Shown: positions 47,881 through 62,715, counted from the first letter of the stretch. The stretch is 64,000 bases of DNA from Lingula anatina (GCA_051362555.1 CM120644.1:25070534-25134533); one strand, 5' to 3'. A program made the numbers and translations. Notes: generated by a model from the letters alone, not told the origin.

Positions 47881-48771
47881 CCCCGCCTGAGCGGTTTTCT
47901 CAAGGGGGGCTGGGCTGCCGTGTTGCTAGCTCTGACCAGCGTTGATCATCTGAAACCGAGTCTAAACGCAAGAAGATGTCACAACGGAAGACGCCAGCTC
48001 TAAGACAGACGCCAAGGTGACCAGTTGACCATACGGTGGGTACATTACAGGTGTGTGTGCGCGTGGGGGGGGGGGGGGGGGGGGGGTAATACAGCACTCT
48101 AGTTTTTCTCTGACGTTACCTATAGTGAAACTTCTCTTCATGCGCAGCAACGTTTTTCATTACAAATCAAAATAATTGTAAAACAGTTTGTTGTTTACAA
48201 AATATACATTGGAAAAAGTAATGAAGGCAATGGCACGTTCAGTAAAACACTTGTGAGGCAGGAAACATTTTATGTTATTCATTTATGTAAAACGTGCAAA
48301 AGCATGTGTTTCTAGTAAGTTTTCTTGAATATTTTAAACTTATCTGATGCGAACGTACTTAAGACAGTCGTGAGTTTTCAGCGTAATATAAATTTAAAGA
48401 TTTACAGTGGGAAATGATATTTTCAAATCCACAATTAAAAACCGAAGACTTTGTCTCATTTCAGACAAAAAAAGCTATCAATGTCAGTTTGTCTTGTAGA
48501 GTAATAGGCCCGTTCAATTTGCTTGAACCAGTGGCTTAATTTATTCTCCAAAGATGAAGTTGATTTATAAATATTCTGAGCAAAGCGATCAATGCGTCAC
48601 CAACCATGTCTGCTCTGCTATTGTAGATAAAATATCGATCCTCAGTGAAGTGACGTGTTTGTTCTAAATCACGGACTGGAGATAATCGCATGTATCCGTC
48701 ACGTTGTCATAGTCTGGATCGATTACATTGGGATGACGTTTTTATAGATGTAAAATTGTTGTGGATACTAA

Positions 48772-48808
<37 letters not shown>

Positions 48809-48948
48809 AGTCTTTAATTATTATTGAGTGATTTCAATCACATGCTTTTGTGCTGTAATATCTCTTTCATAAAGTGATATGTATAAATGATGTATGATTG
48901 ATCTTCAACTGCACTTGAAACATATACTAAATGTGTGTGTGTGTTTGC

Positions 48949-48990
<42 letters not shown>

Positions 48991-49767
48991 TCACGCGCGT
49001 GCATGTCATCTGTACCATCATCTATCACACCTTGGGGTCGACCTCGCATCTTGCTAAAGACACACATGTTATACTGATATACTCATTCAAAATTGGAGTT
49101 TTGACAATATTTAATAGTTTTTGATAGTTTTAAAATGAACTTCAAACACTACAGCCTTTTCTTCTGTTACATACGTTGTAATTTTAGCATATTCTTTAAC
49201 CCGCACTGGTAAATACAGACAAGTATTCCTGTAGAACACGAGACGGCTGACGAGAAGAAAACATAATTGATGTAGCTAGTAAAGAAGAAAGAATCCGCCG
49301 CTCAAGGTCTCTCTTCCATTGTAAATAAAAACGGGGAAAAAACGCCTCACCAACAGCTGGGGGTAAAGTGTTTTCCAGACAATTACGACATCATAAAAAT
49401 TAAACTAGGTCTATAGTGTACGAGGTGGTCTTAAATTACCTCCTGGCATCAACGCGGGGGTATCGTGCTCGTGTTTGGTGTTATCTGCGTAAATAAGAAC
49501 AAACGAGGTAGTGATCTGTTCCCCATGTCTGCTCCTTGTAGTGCCTTTATTGATCATTTATCCCTGTATGTAATGTTCTGCACGCTAGATATTTATTATG
49601 TAATCATACGCATACAGTGGTGATAATAAACTACTACCACTACTACTACTAGTGTGTGGGGCTGAGGCAGGTACTCTGTGAATGTAGTCAGTCTAGACAC
49701 GACACGTGGTGAAAGGCAACCGTACGGCGTGTTATTTCAGCGGACTATTATCTGCCCTGTGGTGCGC

Positions 49768-49799
<32 letters not shown>

Positions 49800-50080
49800 G
49801 ACAGTTATCTGCGGTGTGGTGACAATGTACTGAGATCAGGTGTGATAATAGACCCGGCAGGTCCCGTGTGACAGCTGACTGTGCTGGAAGAGGTTGGTAA
49901 AGGAAGTTTATCTCGGGGTGGATTTGACGGGGAGAGGACTGGAGGGGAGGGGGGGCAGGGGAGAGGAGTGGGGTCCTCGCGCTCGTGCAGGGACAAGTCC
50001 TTAGGAACCCGTGTACTTTTTACTCAGAGGTGATTTTCAAGCTGAAAACAAAAGCTTGTAAATACACAGGTGCGTGCACT

Positions 50081-50217
50081 CACACACACACACACGTAAA
50101 CACTCACACGTAAACACACACACACACAAACACACACACGCACACACGTAAACACTCACACGTAAACACTCACACACACAAACACACACAAACACACACG
50201 TAAACACTCACACGTAA

Positions 50218-50250
<33 letters not shown>

Positions 50251-50323
50251 CACGTAAACACTCACACGTAAACACTCACACACACAAACACACACAAACA
50301 CACACGTAAACACTCACACGTAA

Positions 50324-50354
<31 letters not shown>

Positions 50355-50359
50355 CGTAA

Positions 50360-50390
<31 letters not shown>

Positions 50391-50410
50391 CACGTAAACA
50401 CTCACACGTA

Positions 50411-50446
<36 letters not shown>

Positions 50447-50490
50447 CGTAAACACTCACACGTAAACACTCACACACACACACACACACT
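50081..50490. repeat. Compound (CA)n minisatellite with 15 copies of CACGTAAACA
   Basis: Counted directly from the sequence. Confidence 0.9.
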
Positions 50491-52959
50491 ACGCAACTGG
50501 CAGAGCATCATCACGTTAAAATATAAACAGAAAAGCTATGCTCATGTAATATCAAAAGTCCATCCCAGCAGACGATACAAGCTTCGAGATACAACATTAA
50601 TCATTTTGTTGATACAACACTCTACTGATACGTGTATATCTGCACCCGAAACGATAACATTCCTCCACAAAACAATATTTCACTGGCAACCGTATCAAGT
50701 ATACTTAGCATACGTTTTAAAGTCAACATTTTTTTATTTCCTGTACTTTTGATCGACAAAGGTAAAAATAACATTGATCTTAAAAAGCAAATACGAGCGC
50801 GCCGTTAAGAACAAGTTTACATTTGCAGGGAAGTAAACAGAAAGCGATGGCCGGCAAAATGCAGGTTTTCATAAAACCTTTTGATGCATAGTAAATGCGT
50901 GTAAAATACGGTCATGATAGAGGTAACTATCAACATTTTCACCATGGAAGTACCATGCATAAAAGGCAAATTGAATTAATAATGGAAACACAGTGTAAAA
51001 AGCACAAAGTGTGTTCAATCAATAGCCGACTTTGCCTTCAGCCTGAAGTCTGTTTTTCTAGCGTCTGATAGTTCTACCTGACCACCTGTGCTGGAAAAGA
51101 ATATCGATGTTACATAAAATGACTGCCAGATGTTTTTTTGTAAGGAAACTAAAAAGTAACACCAATTTTGTTAGAAAAAACATGGCAAAATAACACAAAA
51201 AAGACTGTGTTATATTTCATTTGGCGAATATCTAAAAGTTTGGCGAATGTTTGTGTGCGTGCATGTGTGTGTGTGTGTGTGTGCGTTTTCGTGTGTGATG
51301 GGAGGTGAAAAAGGAGGATACCGTGCCTGTTAATACCTCTCTTCTTCCTTAACAATATAACGTTCTTATCTAACTTAAGAAAATTCATATTTTACCCTCT
51401 TCCACGCGAAAGGACACTAAAAAGTTACACCAGTCGCTAGTAGGCCTGGATGTAGCAAATAGAACTGAATTCGAAATATTTCATTTGGCGAGTTTCACCC
51501 GCGCTTGTGTGTGTGTGTGTTTGTGTGTGTATGTGTGTGTGTGTGAGTGGGATGTATGTTTTTTATATATTTTTCTCTTCACAAATGTATGCTCTTGTCT
51601 GAATATTAAAACAAAAGCTTCACGTTTACCTATCTTCCACGCGAGCATTCAATAATCCCCTGGCCCGCCCTGACTCCACGACGTAGGGTGAGGTTAAAAA
51701 AACATTCAATAAATCTATAAAGTACTAAAACATTGAACTTTTCATTCATGTTAAAGAATATATCTTGATTAGCAAACGTGTGAAATGATGGAGTGAGAGT
51801 CGATAGCAGCCATTACTCAGATACCTCGGGAATAAAAGAGAAAAAGAACTTGTCGATATTGTAGTTTTTGACGACTTAGGAAATAGATCGGTATTTTGTT
51901 GTACTGAATAACATCATTATTTGACAGAAATCATTTGTTCAGAGCAACTCATACCATTTCACTCGCTTCTCTCGCCTGATGTTAATTATGCGTGGCAGAA
52001 AAGGACAAAAATGTTATTTATATTAAAACGTTTGTGTCTTTTCTTCCTCGGAGACCGGGTGACATTGCTACACTCCAGACCAAAGACACGTGACGCGAGC
52101 CGGCTCTGCCTGAGACAGTTTTTGTCCCACATTAGAAATAAAAGCAATTCAAAATCCGATAATTGAAAGCATAACTTTGTACAAATTGAACACGCTCTGT
52201 TGACGTAGGTTCCTGAGTACTCGTGAACTTAGTAAACAAATCATTGTTGTGATTGAAAGAAATTGCTAATCAGATTTCAAAATCGATTTCGTTAAATCTC
52301 CCGTCACAAACTCTGACTTAATTGACCTAGGTGCCAGACTTAACATTGTCAGTACCTCCAAAATGTTTTATTTTAATTTTCAAATCCGGCTCGACCCTGT
52401 GTTGTCGATATCAAGTGACCTCGGTTGACAATCAGGTTTTAATTTTCTTATCGAATTCGTCCATTGATCGCGGCGTGAAAGGTTCTCTATCTGAAGAATA
52501 ATATCAGAGGTAGCAAGGTCTTGTCGACCCAGCGCACCTGTTTTCATATTTAAACTGTGACAACAATGTCCCTAGTTCACGTGGTTCAGAATTAACTTCA
52601 GATCTGCTCAAAACTGAGTGGATTTATATCGCACGGTGCTCGGAGAGTTGACTGCATTCAAGACGCGGTGGACACAGCAGGTGTCAGCTATGTGTGTGAG
52701 AGTTGATTGAAATCAAGTTGATTATTCGACCACATGCTGCAGACTACCCCCATCTTACAGTAGCATGACAAGACGCGCCGCGCCATAAAGTCAGTAGCCG
52801 TGATAGGCAACATCCATGCGTTTTACTTGACAGGGATTTTATATATCGGATATTATAGGCACATTTTCCACAGTTCACAACTGGAAGATTGACCATATCT
52901 TTCAATGTAACAGTGACTCTACTACATGTACTAAACAGAAAAATTATCACTTCCTGCTT

Positions 52960-53038
<79 letters not shown>

Positions 53039-53553
53039 ACGGGGGTGGCGGGTGGAGGCAATACCGATTTAGAGCCTGCTGTGTTGCTTTGGTGTGAACG
53101 CTGGTGCTGAACAAGGGTATTATTGCAGTGACGAGGTCCAAGGGGGGCATGTGAACACATGAGAACACAACAGTCGGTGTTCTTTATGAAGTCAGTAAAC
53201 TAAACACCTTGTATCATATATCAACAAACAGAAGTCAGTGGCGGGGTCAAAGGGTGAAATAATAATAAACCTGAAGGACTTGTGAATACAGGAACTCGCG
53301 CTGGAGATGCTGTAACGGGCTGTAATCCGCATGGTAGGGGTGCTGCTACTTGGTAGGTGTGCTGCTACATGTACCTGGGCGGGTATACTACCTGGGAGAG
53401 GGGGGGGGTGCTACCTAGGACAGGGTACATGCACTGGAATTTAGCATTATCGAGTGACCCAGGTGCCGTTGATATTCAAGGTGAGGTTGGTTGACAAGTA
53501 ATGCGTTGTTTTGCAGTTGAAATTCATTACAAAATATTACATAACAGAAAAAA

Positions 53554-53669
53554 CTGTTTGCTGCGGTCTGCTGTGGGGCTGTTTGCTGCGGTCTGCTGTG
53601 GGGGCTGTTTGCTGCGGTCTGCTGTGGGGGCTGTTTGCTGCGGTCTGCTGTGGGGGCTGTTTGCAGCGG
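53554..53669. repeat. ~25-bp GC-rich tandem repeat, ~4.5 copies
   Basis: Unit ctgtttgctgcggtctgctgtgggg(g). Confidence 0.9.
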
Positions 53670-54287
53670 AGAGATCTTGCAGAATATTGAAAGACTTGTC
53701 TAAATGTATCTCTCTCGCTCTCTCTCACTTTAATCAAAAAGGAAAACATTAGCTAGGAGGTGTGTAAGGGACTGGTAGACGTGCCCCCCATGGGATGTCT
53801 GCAGGGGGGGGGGGGGGGGGTAGCGTGTTTGTCCGAGCAATGTAACATGAGTAGAATAACATATCGATGATGAAATATAAACGTGCGGTCGACTTTCTTG
53901 TCTTTTGGTTTAGGTAATCAGCCACTGCTTCAGTGTTATGATTTCACCCTTATGATTTCCACAAATATGCACTTGTTGTCCATTCACTGGAAAATATACC
54001 AGATTATTTGATTTCATTCACGAAGAGTGCTACGTACTTTCTTACAGAACTTGGCCTGATGCTGGGGTATTTGGTAAAAACTCAACATCGCTGAGTTTAT
54101 TTCTCCAAAAATTACTTGACGTCGACAACATTGCATAAAATTATTGTATTTGACTAAATCTTCTTGTAAATCTTTTCAGAAACTTGATCCATGGCCAGAG
54201 GCGACAGTTAAGCACGATGCAGACAGACGCTACCTGGTGACGTAAAACACAGAACGCAGGCGTAAAAACTAAATATCGAAAATAAAA

Positions 54288-56471
54288 ATGACACCAGCTA
54301 CCGCAACCTTACAATTTTCAAGAAAATCTCAAACGTTGGAGGAGCTCGACAAGGAGAGGCCGAAATCTCTCGAAGCAGTCCGCGAGATTCTAAGAGAGGC
54401 GACGACAGACGTGGAAACCAAGCTAAGTCTCATTGAAGTCAGCCTCATTGGACGCGGAGTAACGTACGCTGACTTCATCCGACCTTACGTGGCGCCCATC
54501 GTCTCTTTAATGAAATCCCTGGAAATTTATGAAATTTACAACAAAAAACAAATCGAGGAGATCATCCACCAGGGTATTGAGACCGGAGAGGCGGTGAAGG
54601 AGAGTGACCTCCCGGGCTATCACATGCTCAAGGAATGCTATCACAAAATCAAGGAGTATCTTCCGGGAGCCTTCACTGCCATTTTCCTGGAGATAGAAAA
54701 GATTTTAGAAAACTTGGACAAATATTGCCGCAGCTTCAGCAAAGCGGAGGAGCGGGAATTCATGGACACGCCGTCACATTATGAGATGAAACGCCAGGAG
54801 CTCTGGAAACTTATCCGTGTTAACCTTGATGACATCAAGGACATGATTGGCAGGTATCAGGAAGATGGCGTTGACATTAAGATGTTTGGGATACACGCGC
54901 GAGATATCGGACGCGGCTGCGAATGCGAGCGTCTCCCTTTTCTGCTCATGTTCCCGCAAACATGCGTTAACGTCAGGAACGCTTGCAAAGGAATACGACA
55001 ATGGTTGAAGGCAGACGAGGAATATCCGTCCTATATTAAAGATGACATTATTGATATGGAGAAGAAAATTGAGCATAAGACGCGCGAGGAGAGAGAGAGT
55101 CAGATGCGGAGTAGTCAGCTGGAGTATAAAATGAGGCACGTGCAGCAGGAGTGCTCTGTACTGGAATCAGAACTGAAGAAACTGATAGCGCGCGAAATGG
55201 CGTTCAACCAAGACGCTCGTAAACTTGAAAGAGAGATTAATAAACTTGAGTTGGAAATTGGGACGCTGGAGCAAGAGAAAGTCATGTCAAGTAAAGGACT
55301 TATTAAAAGTTCACAGCCACCGGAGGCGCTCTCCCGTAAAATCCACGATTTAAAGGAAAAGCACCATGGCCTAGCAACAAAACATTCCCACGTTCAGGCA
55401 AAAATAATGCTGGTCGAGAAAAAACGAGAAATGCTCCGAGAGTCCAACGCCAACGCAAGCGCCTTGAGGAGCGCCTCTAGGAAAGCAAGAACGGACCACA
55501 CAAACGTGGAACACGAGTTGCATACCATGAATGAGAGGCTAGAGGAATTGAAACAAATATACCTCTACAAGACGAGTCATGAAACACCAAAGAAGATATT
55601 TTATGGTCTTCCACTAGCTCCTAAAACGACTGTCAAAACTACAGGCAAGAAAAACCACGGTATGCTACAATGTTCTTATTATTTGCTTGAAGATTCATCA
55701 TTATCACTATGTTGATCTTGTTAAGATATAAGAAAAAAAAACATCAATTTAGATCAACTATGATTGGTCTCTTCATATCAATAATAGTTGACCTAAATAG
55801 GTGCATTTTAGTTTTATTAGTCTTTTTCTTACTGTTTGTTATATCGTACATTGGTCAGCTAGTAAAAAAATAAATATCATTTATCTAACGATAAGAAAAA
55901 GGAAGACTGTTCGCGAAAGTTAACTTCCCAATTTTTCCCAATTTTTCATAAAGGGTGTAAGTTTTTTCAACCGCCGTCGGCTAATGGACAGTATTCTTCT
56001 AATTGTATCAAGGGATTGTCTGTAATCATACTGATGGGTGTCCTTTCTTCATTTACAGATCCACTAAACAGGGCGGTGAAGATAGTCGCCCACTACATCG
56101 AAAAAGACTGGATGAAGCTGTACCGCAAACTTCCTTTCCACCCCGTGCGCGGCACAGAAATGTTAGAACAGGATCTGGACGACATCTTCCAGAAATCCGC
56201 GCGAAACACCGTCAAGGAGCTGTCCCATGAGGCTTTAGCAAAATGGCGCCGGCTCCACACGCGTGCCACGCTGGAGGAGTTGAAAGGGGCGCTGGTTGAA
56301 CTCAAAAGAAAGGACGTGCTGGAGCATTTAGAGAAAGCCCATGGCGGCAGCGGAGGTGCAGCGTCTTCCAGGCGGAACAAGCCAACCATATTTAAGCCAG
56401 CGAGAGTGGCGGTGTCTCTTCCTAAGATTAAAATATCTGGCGACAAGAGCATGGTGGTGCAGAGCATCTGA
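54288..56471 (+). CDS. Coiled-coil protein with C-terminal death domain; exons 54288-55659 and 56059-56471 (~594 aa)
   Basis: Long ORF with heptad-rich E/K/L central region. Phase-1 junction CAC G|gtatgc...ttacag|AT. Exon 2 (VAHYIEKDWMKLYRKL...EALAKWRRLHTRATLEELKGALVELKRKDVLEHL) fits a death fold. AATAAA overlaps the stop; an acceptor at 54179 implies a 5' UTR intron. Confidence 0.88.
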
Positions 56472-58959
56472 ATAAAAGACTGCATCATCACGTACGGCAA
56501 TTACTGGATCTTTTCAGTGGCGGAAATTGTGCATTTTATAGATGCTGTGATTTTTAAGTCATAATTTCTGAAAATTAGAACGTTCCTTTTGAGTGGTAGC
56601 AACAAAATTAAAAAGCAGGGCACTCAATAGTGCTGTTTTATGTAGTAAAAGCTCCACAGATGCTAAACAGAAATATGATTTTTGTGAATACAAAATTATG
56701 TAAAGTTTGGTAATTTTTGACAACTGAAAAGATCCAGTCACTACCGAAGTATACCAGTAGCTAAAGGCAACACCATATAAAATACCATTTTTGCTTTTGA
56801 AAAAAGTTAAAATATAGCATTATAGCCGCGGCGCGTGCTTGTAACCGTCTCAGTAATACGCGATACTTAATGTTAACATTCAATTCTGCTTCATCAATTT
56901 CCGTCCAAGTTACGGCGAGTAAAGGCATTCATAGATGAGGTCTTGGAAAGCGGCAATTGTTACAAGGATTTCAATTTATTATGAAGTTATATTATATGAA
57001 TAAAGCGCGTCAAGACGGTGTGGAGCCGCCTAGAATTAACAAAGAAGCAATTGCAAATTTTAAAGGTCCCTCAAATATGTTTTAAAAATATTTTTCATTG
57101 AGTGTTTTAATTTATTGTGACTTTACATAACAGTTGCTCACCTAATCGTTATGTTTAGAGTGCATTGATTATAAGGATTGTTGATTACATTGTGAACTGC
57201 GCCTATTTAATACAGCCAAGATCTTTACTAATAACAACTAACGTGAAATATAAACTTTTGTACGCAATATATAAATTTACAAGACCTGAAGCGTTGTTAC
57301 GAATGTATTTAAGTTTTAAAGTGCAATAAACTAATTCTAACTGTTACCCGTCTTTTTTTTATTCGCGAAACTGGTCTCCCAACTTTAAAATTTACAGGAA
57401 ATATCCCAAATTATTGTGTCGTATGTGCGATGGTCAACCACATGCGACCTTATTACGCCAGGTATAAAACAACTTCGTCAGCTGCAACAGAGCAGACCAA
57501 GATGGTCAAGGAGGGCCCCGGGTGGGGGATTGCATGAAAATAGGAGGGGGTAACTTTGGACGGGTACCACAGGGACTAACGTTAAAAATGCACCTGGATA
57601 ATGTTTAAGGTGAATGTGTGTGTGTGTGTGTGTGTGTGTGGAGGGGGGGATAACATTAAATGTAAAGCTGCCCAGGCAGGCAAGTATCGTATAAGAAATC
57701 CGCAGAACGCCGTCACCCGTATACAGTCATTTCAAATACAGAAACAAATGAGTAATAAAAAATTTATTTATTCAACTTCATATATCAAAGTAAAAAAGAA
57801 AAATAATAATGTGTTAAGTTCTTTAACATGAAAGTGTAAAACAAACATCGTTCTTGAACATGAATTGTCCCAGCAGTAGACAGCCAAACACTGTGGACAG
57901 GGGACTGGTGAGGAAATGGCCAGTTTTCAAATCACAATGTTTTATACAATGCTCAATTTTGGGGATTGAAACCTTACAAACATCTAGCCTTCCTGGCTGT
58001 CTGATGAAAACGCATGCATGTATGAAGTTCTAAAAATGGGTAGTTTAAGTGCTTTACCAAAAACCACTCAAGCACAGTTTTCTCATTCATCAGCTATGTA
58101 TATGTAGCAACTGAAGCCCGTCTGGGCGACTTATCTCCCTAGCTGGTTTGTACACTGGATTTATAGTATATCTGAACGTAAAAAGTGACTTAGATAAAAC
58201 TTAGAGAAGATCGTCCCTGCAGTGCTGACGCCTGGCGGGAAAGACCTTAAGTATGGACTACATTGTACTAGCAACTGTCAGCTAAACCCCCTCCACGTGT
58301 AACTACATATGGCAACATATTGGCACTATTTCCCAGAACACAATAAGGTGGTAAACTGCCCATGTTAACGTCCTGAAATACGTGTTCAGCAGCTGCAGAA
58401 CGAGGAATATGGCGGCTCACAGAGGCCACTGCTATCACAGGACTAGCGTGTGTATTAACACTTACACAATGATAGATGTCCATTAGTACAGAATGTTATG
58501 TGAAAGGAAATTTACAGCCTTCACTATTCATCTGAACAAAGGTCTTACCACAAAATGCTACGATAATTACTTTACCAACTGTTTCATTGTTACACTGGCT
58601 AGAATAAGAATACCGCTAGTTCCTGGCAAGCAGCAATAGATGCCCCCCCCCCCCCCCCCATACAGCCCCTGCACAGTGCAGGCAGAAATCACTTTACTTT
58701 GTTTACTAAACTTTATTTTGTCAGGAGAAATTATCACAATATTTATACTTAATGTCTTCATACTATTCACTAAAACATTACTACATAAACTAAGAATAAC
58801 TAACTTCTCATGGTCATGTACAAACTATGGACACATCTATTGCATATACATTTTGATTGACAGCATTATATTAATTCACTGAAATTTTTGATTTATGGCA
58901 TTTCTTTTCCCCCAGCAAATATTCTATTCTTTTGCAAAGGCACACACGCATTTGCCTGA

Positions 58960-59280
58960 ACACACACACATATACATATACACACAATTATACACACACA
59001 CACGCACGCACACACACACACAAGGCACCTCTCTATATATGGCAGTGTAAAGCTGGTTAACACATTTTTTCTTGCTAAAACACATTTCATGCACTCAGGT
59101 TCAAACACACACACACACACACACCCCAACACACACACACACACACCCCAACACACACATACACACACCAACACACACATACACACACCCCAACACACAC
59201 ACACACACACTCACCAACACACACATACACACACATACACACACCAACACACACCCCAACACACACCAACACACACATAC
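58960..59280. repeat. Degenerate (CA)n microsatellite block
   Basis: Direct reading; explains the spurious HT/CV ORFs. Confidence 0.9.
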
Positions 59281-60229
59281 TTGTCTATGTGTACCAACCG
59301 AGGACATCAGCACAACACCATACAACCGAGGACATCTTATTCCTTGGTTAAATCAAAATAAAAACATTCAATTTAGGGTAAAATCTATTCGAGTATGAAT
59401 GTTATAAATTAATTTTTTATAAAAACTAATTTTTTGCTGACAAGAATTTTACATTCTAACCGAGGACACACAGGGACACACACACGGACAGACACTACAC
59501 ATTACAACCGAGGACATGCATGCATCTACATGTAATAATGATTGTACTTTTAATGCAAAGCAAATTTTATATAGCGTTACTTTGCAGCAATTCACATTTT
59601 TATGAAATTCTTTCATATTTAAGGTAAATTCCAAAATAACACCAGAGGTGATGATTAAATGAACAGTTATACAATATTTAATGCTGGGCTTTGCCACTTT
59701 TTTAGAATTGAAGATTATGAGATAAAACATCAATTAATTTAGGAAAAGAAAGGATACTGATGAAATAAAATAAAAGACCAAAGAAATTCGTTTTCAAACA
59801 TTTTATTTTCATAATGCTTATTTTCTATTTAGCACTCTTTTATTATCATGAATTTTATATTTTGATAACACAAAGTGTCGTCCATTGGATACAGACTTGC
59901 ACAGTACACAATTTTACAATTGAGGACATCATGCCAGCAGCACCCAAAATTGTGCTTTCTTCCAATTTGATGCAATATTATATAATGCTTAACAGCATAA
60001 TGATCATCAATTTTTTATAATAAAATATTAGTATCATGAATATTCAGAAAATGTGACTAGCAAAGGTTTTCAGGTTCATGGAACTCCAAAGTCATACTTT
60101 GAAAATGCTAAATGTATACAAGACAGCACTGTACTGAAATGGATTCTTTCCATTTTTAACTTTTTTACATAAAATAATACAGTTTACTGCCATTTCACAT
60201 GATCAACTAAGAAAATTGTTGAGATGGCA

Positions 60230-61425
60230 AAAATATCAATATAACAAGTTTAAATGTCCAATTTCCTCCATTCCGAACATTGTGAATGATTGAATCTGAC
60301 AAACTACAATGATACGAGTTCATTTCCATTTTGGCACTTTTTTTACACAATACAAGATAACAGGTTTACCACCATTTTTATATAATCAACTAGCAATATT
60401 GTCAAGACGCAGAAATTGTCAAACAACCCATTTTACATATCTAGTAAATTCAATAATGAGACTTGTTACATGCCTGACAATCAAATCTGAGGAAAACCAC
60501 TTATATACAAATAAAAGCTGAAGTCCCTGAAAACTCAACCAATCAATCTTATTTTTAAATTTGATTTGTATATAGATAACATTGATCACTCTTGTGAGTT
60601 TAATGACAACAGGCCTATCGGTTCTCCCTGAAATGTGCTTACAGTGTTACTAATATGCTTTTACTAATAATCATCAGTTCTGTGAGTTTCATGAAAACAG
60701 GCTTTAAGTTATTAGTTCTCCCTGAAATGTGCTTACAGTGTTACATATATGTTGAAAAAAAAAAAAAAAAAACAGCATAAAATTTGAAAGAAAAGGGCCT
60801 GGTCTTGCTGATTTTCAATCTTGACCATTCTTTTACTAATAATCATCAGTTCTGTGAGTTTCATGAAAACAGGCTTATTGGTTCTCCTTGAAATATGTTA
60901 ACAGTGTTGCATGTACACTGAAAAAAGGAGAAAAAAATGCAAAACTTTTGAAAATAATCACCCCATTTCCTCCATTTTGAGACACTGTATTACACAGTAC
61001 ATGATAACATGTTTACCGTCATATTTATATAATCAACTAGCAATGTTGTAAAGATGCAGACAATTTCAGAGAAACACTAACATATTTACATATCTAGTTA
61101 ATTCAATAGTGGACTGTTTACATGCCTGACAATCAAATCTGAGGAAAACCACTTATATACAAATAAAAGCTGAAGTCCCTCAAACCTCAACCAATCAATC
61201 TTATTTTTAAATTTGATTTGTATATAGATAACATTGATCACTCTTGTGAGTTTAATGACAACAGGCCTATCGGTTCTCCCTGAAATGTGCTTACAGTGTT
61301 ACTAATATGCTTTTACTAATAATCATCAGTTCTGTGAGTTTCATGAAAACAGGCTTTAAGTCATTGGTTCTCCCTGAAATGTGCTTACAGTGTTACATAT
61401 ATGCTGAAAACAAAACAAAACAAAA

Positions 61426-61456
<31 letters not shown>

Positions 61457-62715
61457 AAAAAAAACAGCATAAAATTTGAAAGAAAAGGGCCTGGTCATGC
61501 GGATTTTCAATCTTGACCATTCTTTTACTAATAATCATCAGTTCTGTGAGTTTCATGAAAACAGGCTTATTGGTTCTCCTTGAAATGTGCTTACAGTGTT
61601 ACATATATGCTGAAAAAAAACCAGCATAACATTTGAAAGAAAAGGGCCTGGTCATGCTGATTTTCAATCTTGATAATTCTTTTTAATTTACTAATAATCA
61701 TCAGTTCTCTGAGTTTCATGAAAACAGGCTTATTAGTTCTCCCTGAAATGTGCTTACAGTGTTACTTATATGCTAAAAAAAAAAAAAAACAGCATAACAT
61801 TTGAAAGAAAAGGGCCTGGTCATGCTGATTTTCAATCTTGACCATTCTTTTACTTATAATCATCAGTTCTGTGAGTTTTATGAAAAGGGGGCTATTGGTT
61901 CTCCTTGAAATGTGTTAACAGTGTTGCATGTACAATGAAAAGAGGAGAAAAAATGCAAAACTTTTGAAAATAATCACCCAATTGCCTCCATTTTGAGACA
62001 CTGTATTACACAGTACATGATAACATGTTTACCGTCATATTTATATAATCAACTAGCAATGTTGTTAAGATGCAGAAAATTTCAGACAAACACTAACATA
62101 TTTACATATCTAGTTAGTTCAATAACCAAACTGTCAACATGCCTGACAATCAAATCTGAGGAAAACCACTTATATATATCAAAACAAGGCACAACTTCCA
62201 CAAAACTCAACCAATCAATCCTATTTTCAAACTTGATTTGTATATTGGTAACATTGATCACTCCTGTGAGTTTAATGACAACAGGCCTATCGGTTCTCCC
62301 TGAAATGTGCTTACAGTGTTACTTATATGCTGAAAATGGCAGAAAAAAAACAGCATAACTTTTGACAAAAAATGGCCCGGATATGCCGATTTTTGATCTT
62401 GACAACCCTTTTACTAATAATCATCAGTTCTGTGAGTTTCATGACAATAGACCTATTGCTTCTCCTTGAACTGTGTTTACAGTGTTGCATGTATGCTGAA
62501 AAAAGCAAAAACAACAGCAAATTTTCTGAAAAAAAAAGCAGCCCATTATGAAGATTTTCAAACTTGACCTGCGTTTAACTAATATTCATCAGTTCTGTGA
62601 GTTTCATGAAAATAGACCTATCGGTTCTCTTTAAAATGTTGCATCGCATATAATATTATGCTGAGAAAAGGGAAAAACAGCAACTTTGTAAAATTGGCCA
62701 GATCACACTGATTAC
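60230..62715. repeat. Complex satellite: ~150-200-bp monomers nested in ~3 higher-order units
   Basis: Recurrent tactaataatcatcagttctgtgagtttcatgaaaacaggc...tgaaatgtgcttacagtgttac. Higher-order marker tgcctgacaatcaaatctgaggaaaaccac at ~60471, 61123 and 62140. Confidence 0.88.

Noticed and set aside
49150-49651. LINE-like 3' end with AATAAA and (CTA)n tail
   Set aside because: No recognisable ORF2 motif could be recovered.
58893-59398. Short ORFs rich in CV/HT/YI here and elsewhere, plus antisense ORFs such as 10037-10636, 54774-55139 and 56093-56500
   Set aside because: Translations of microsatellites or shadows of real ORFs on the opposite strand.
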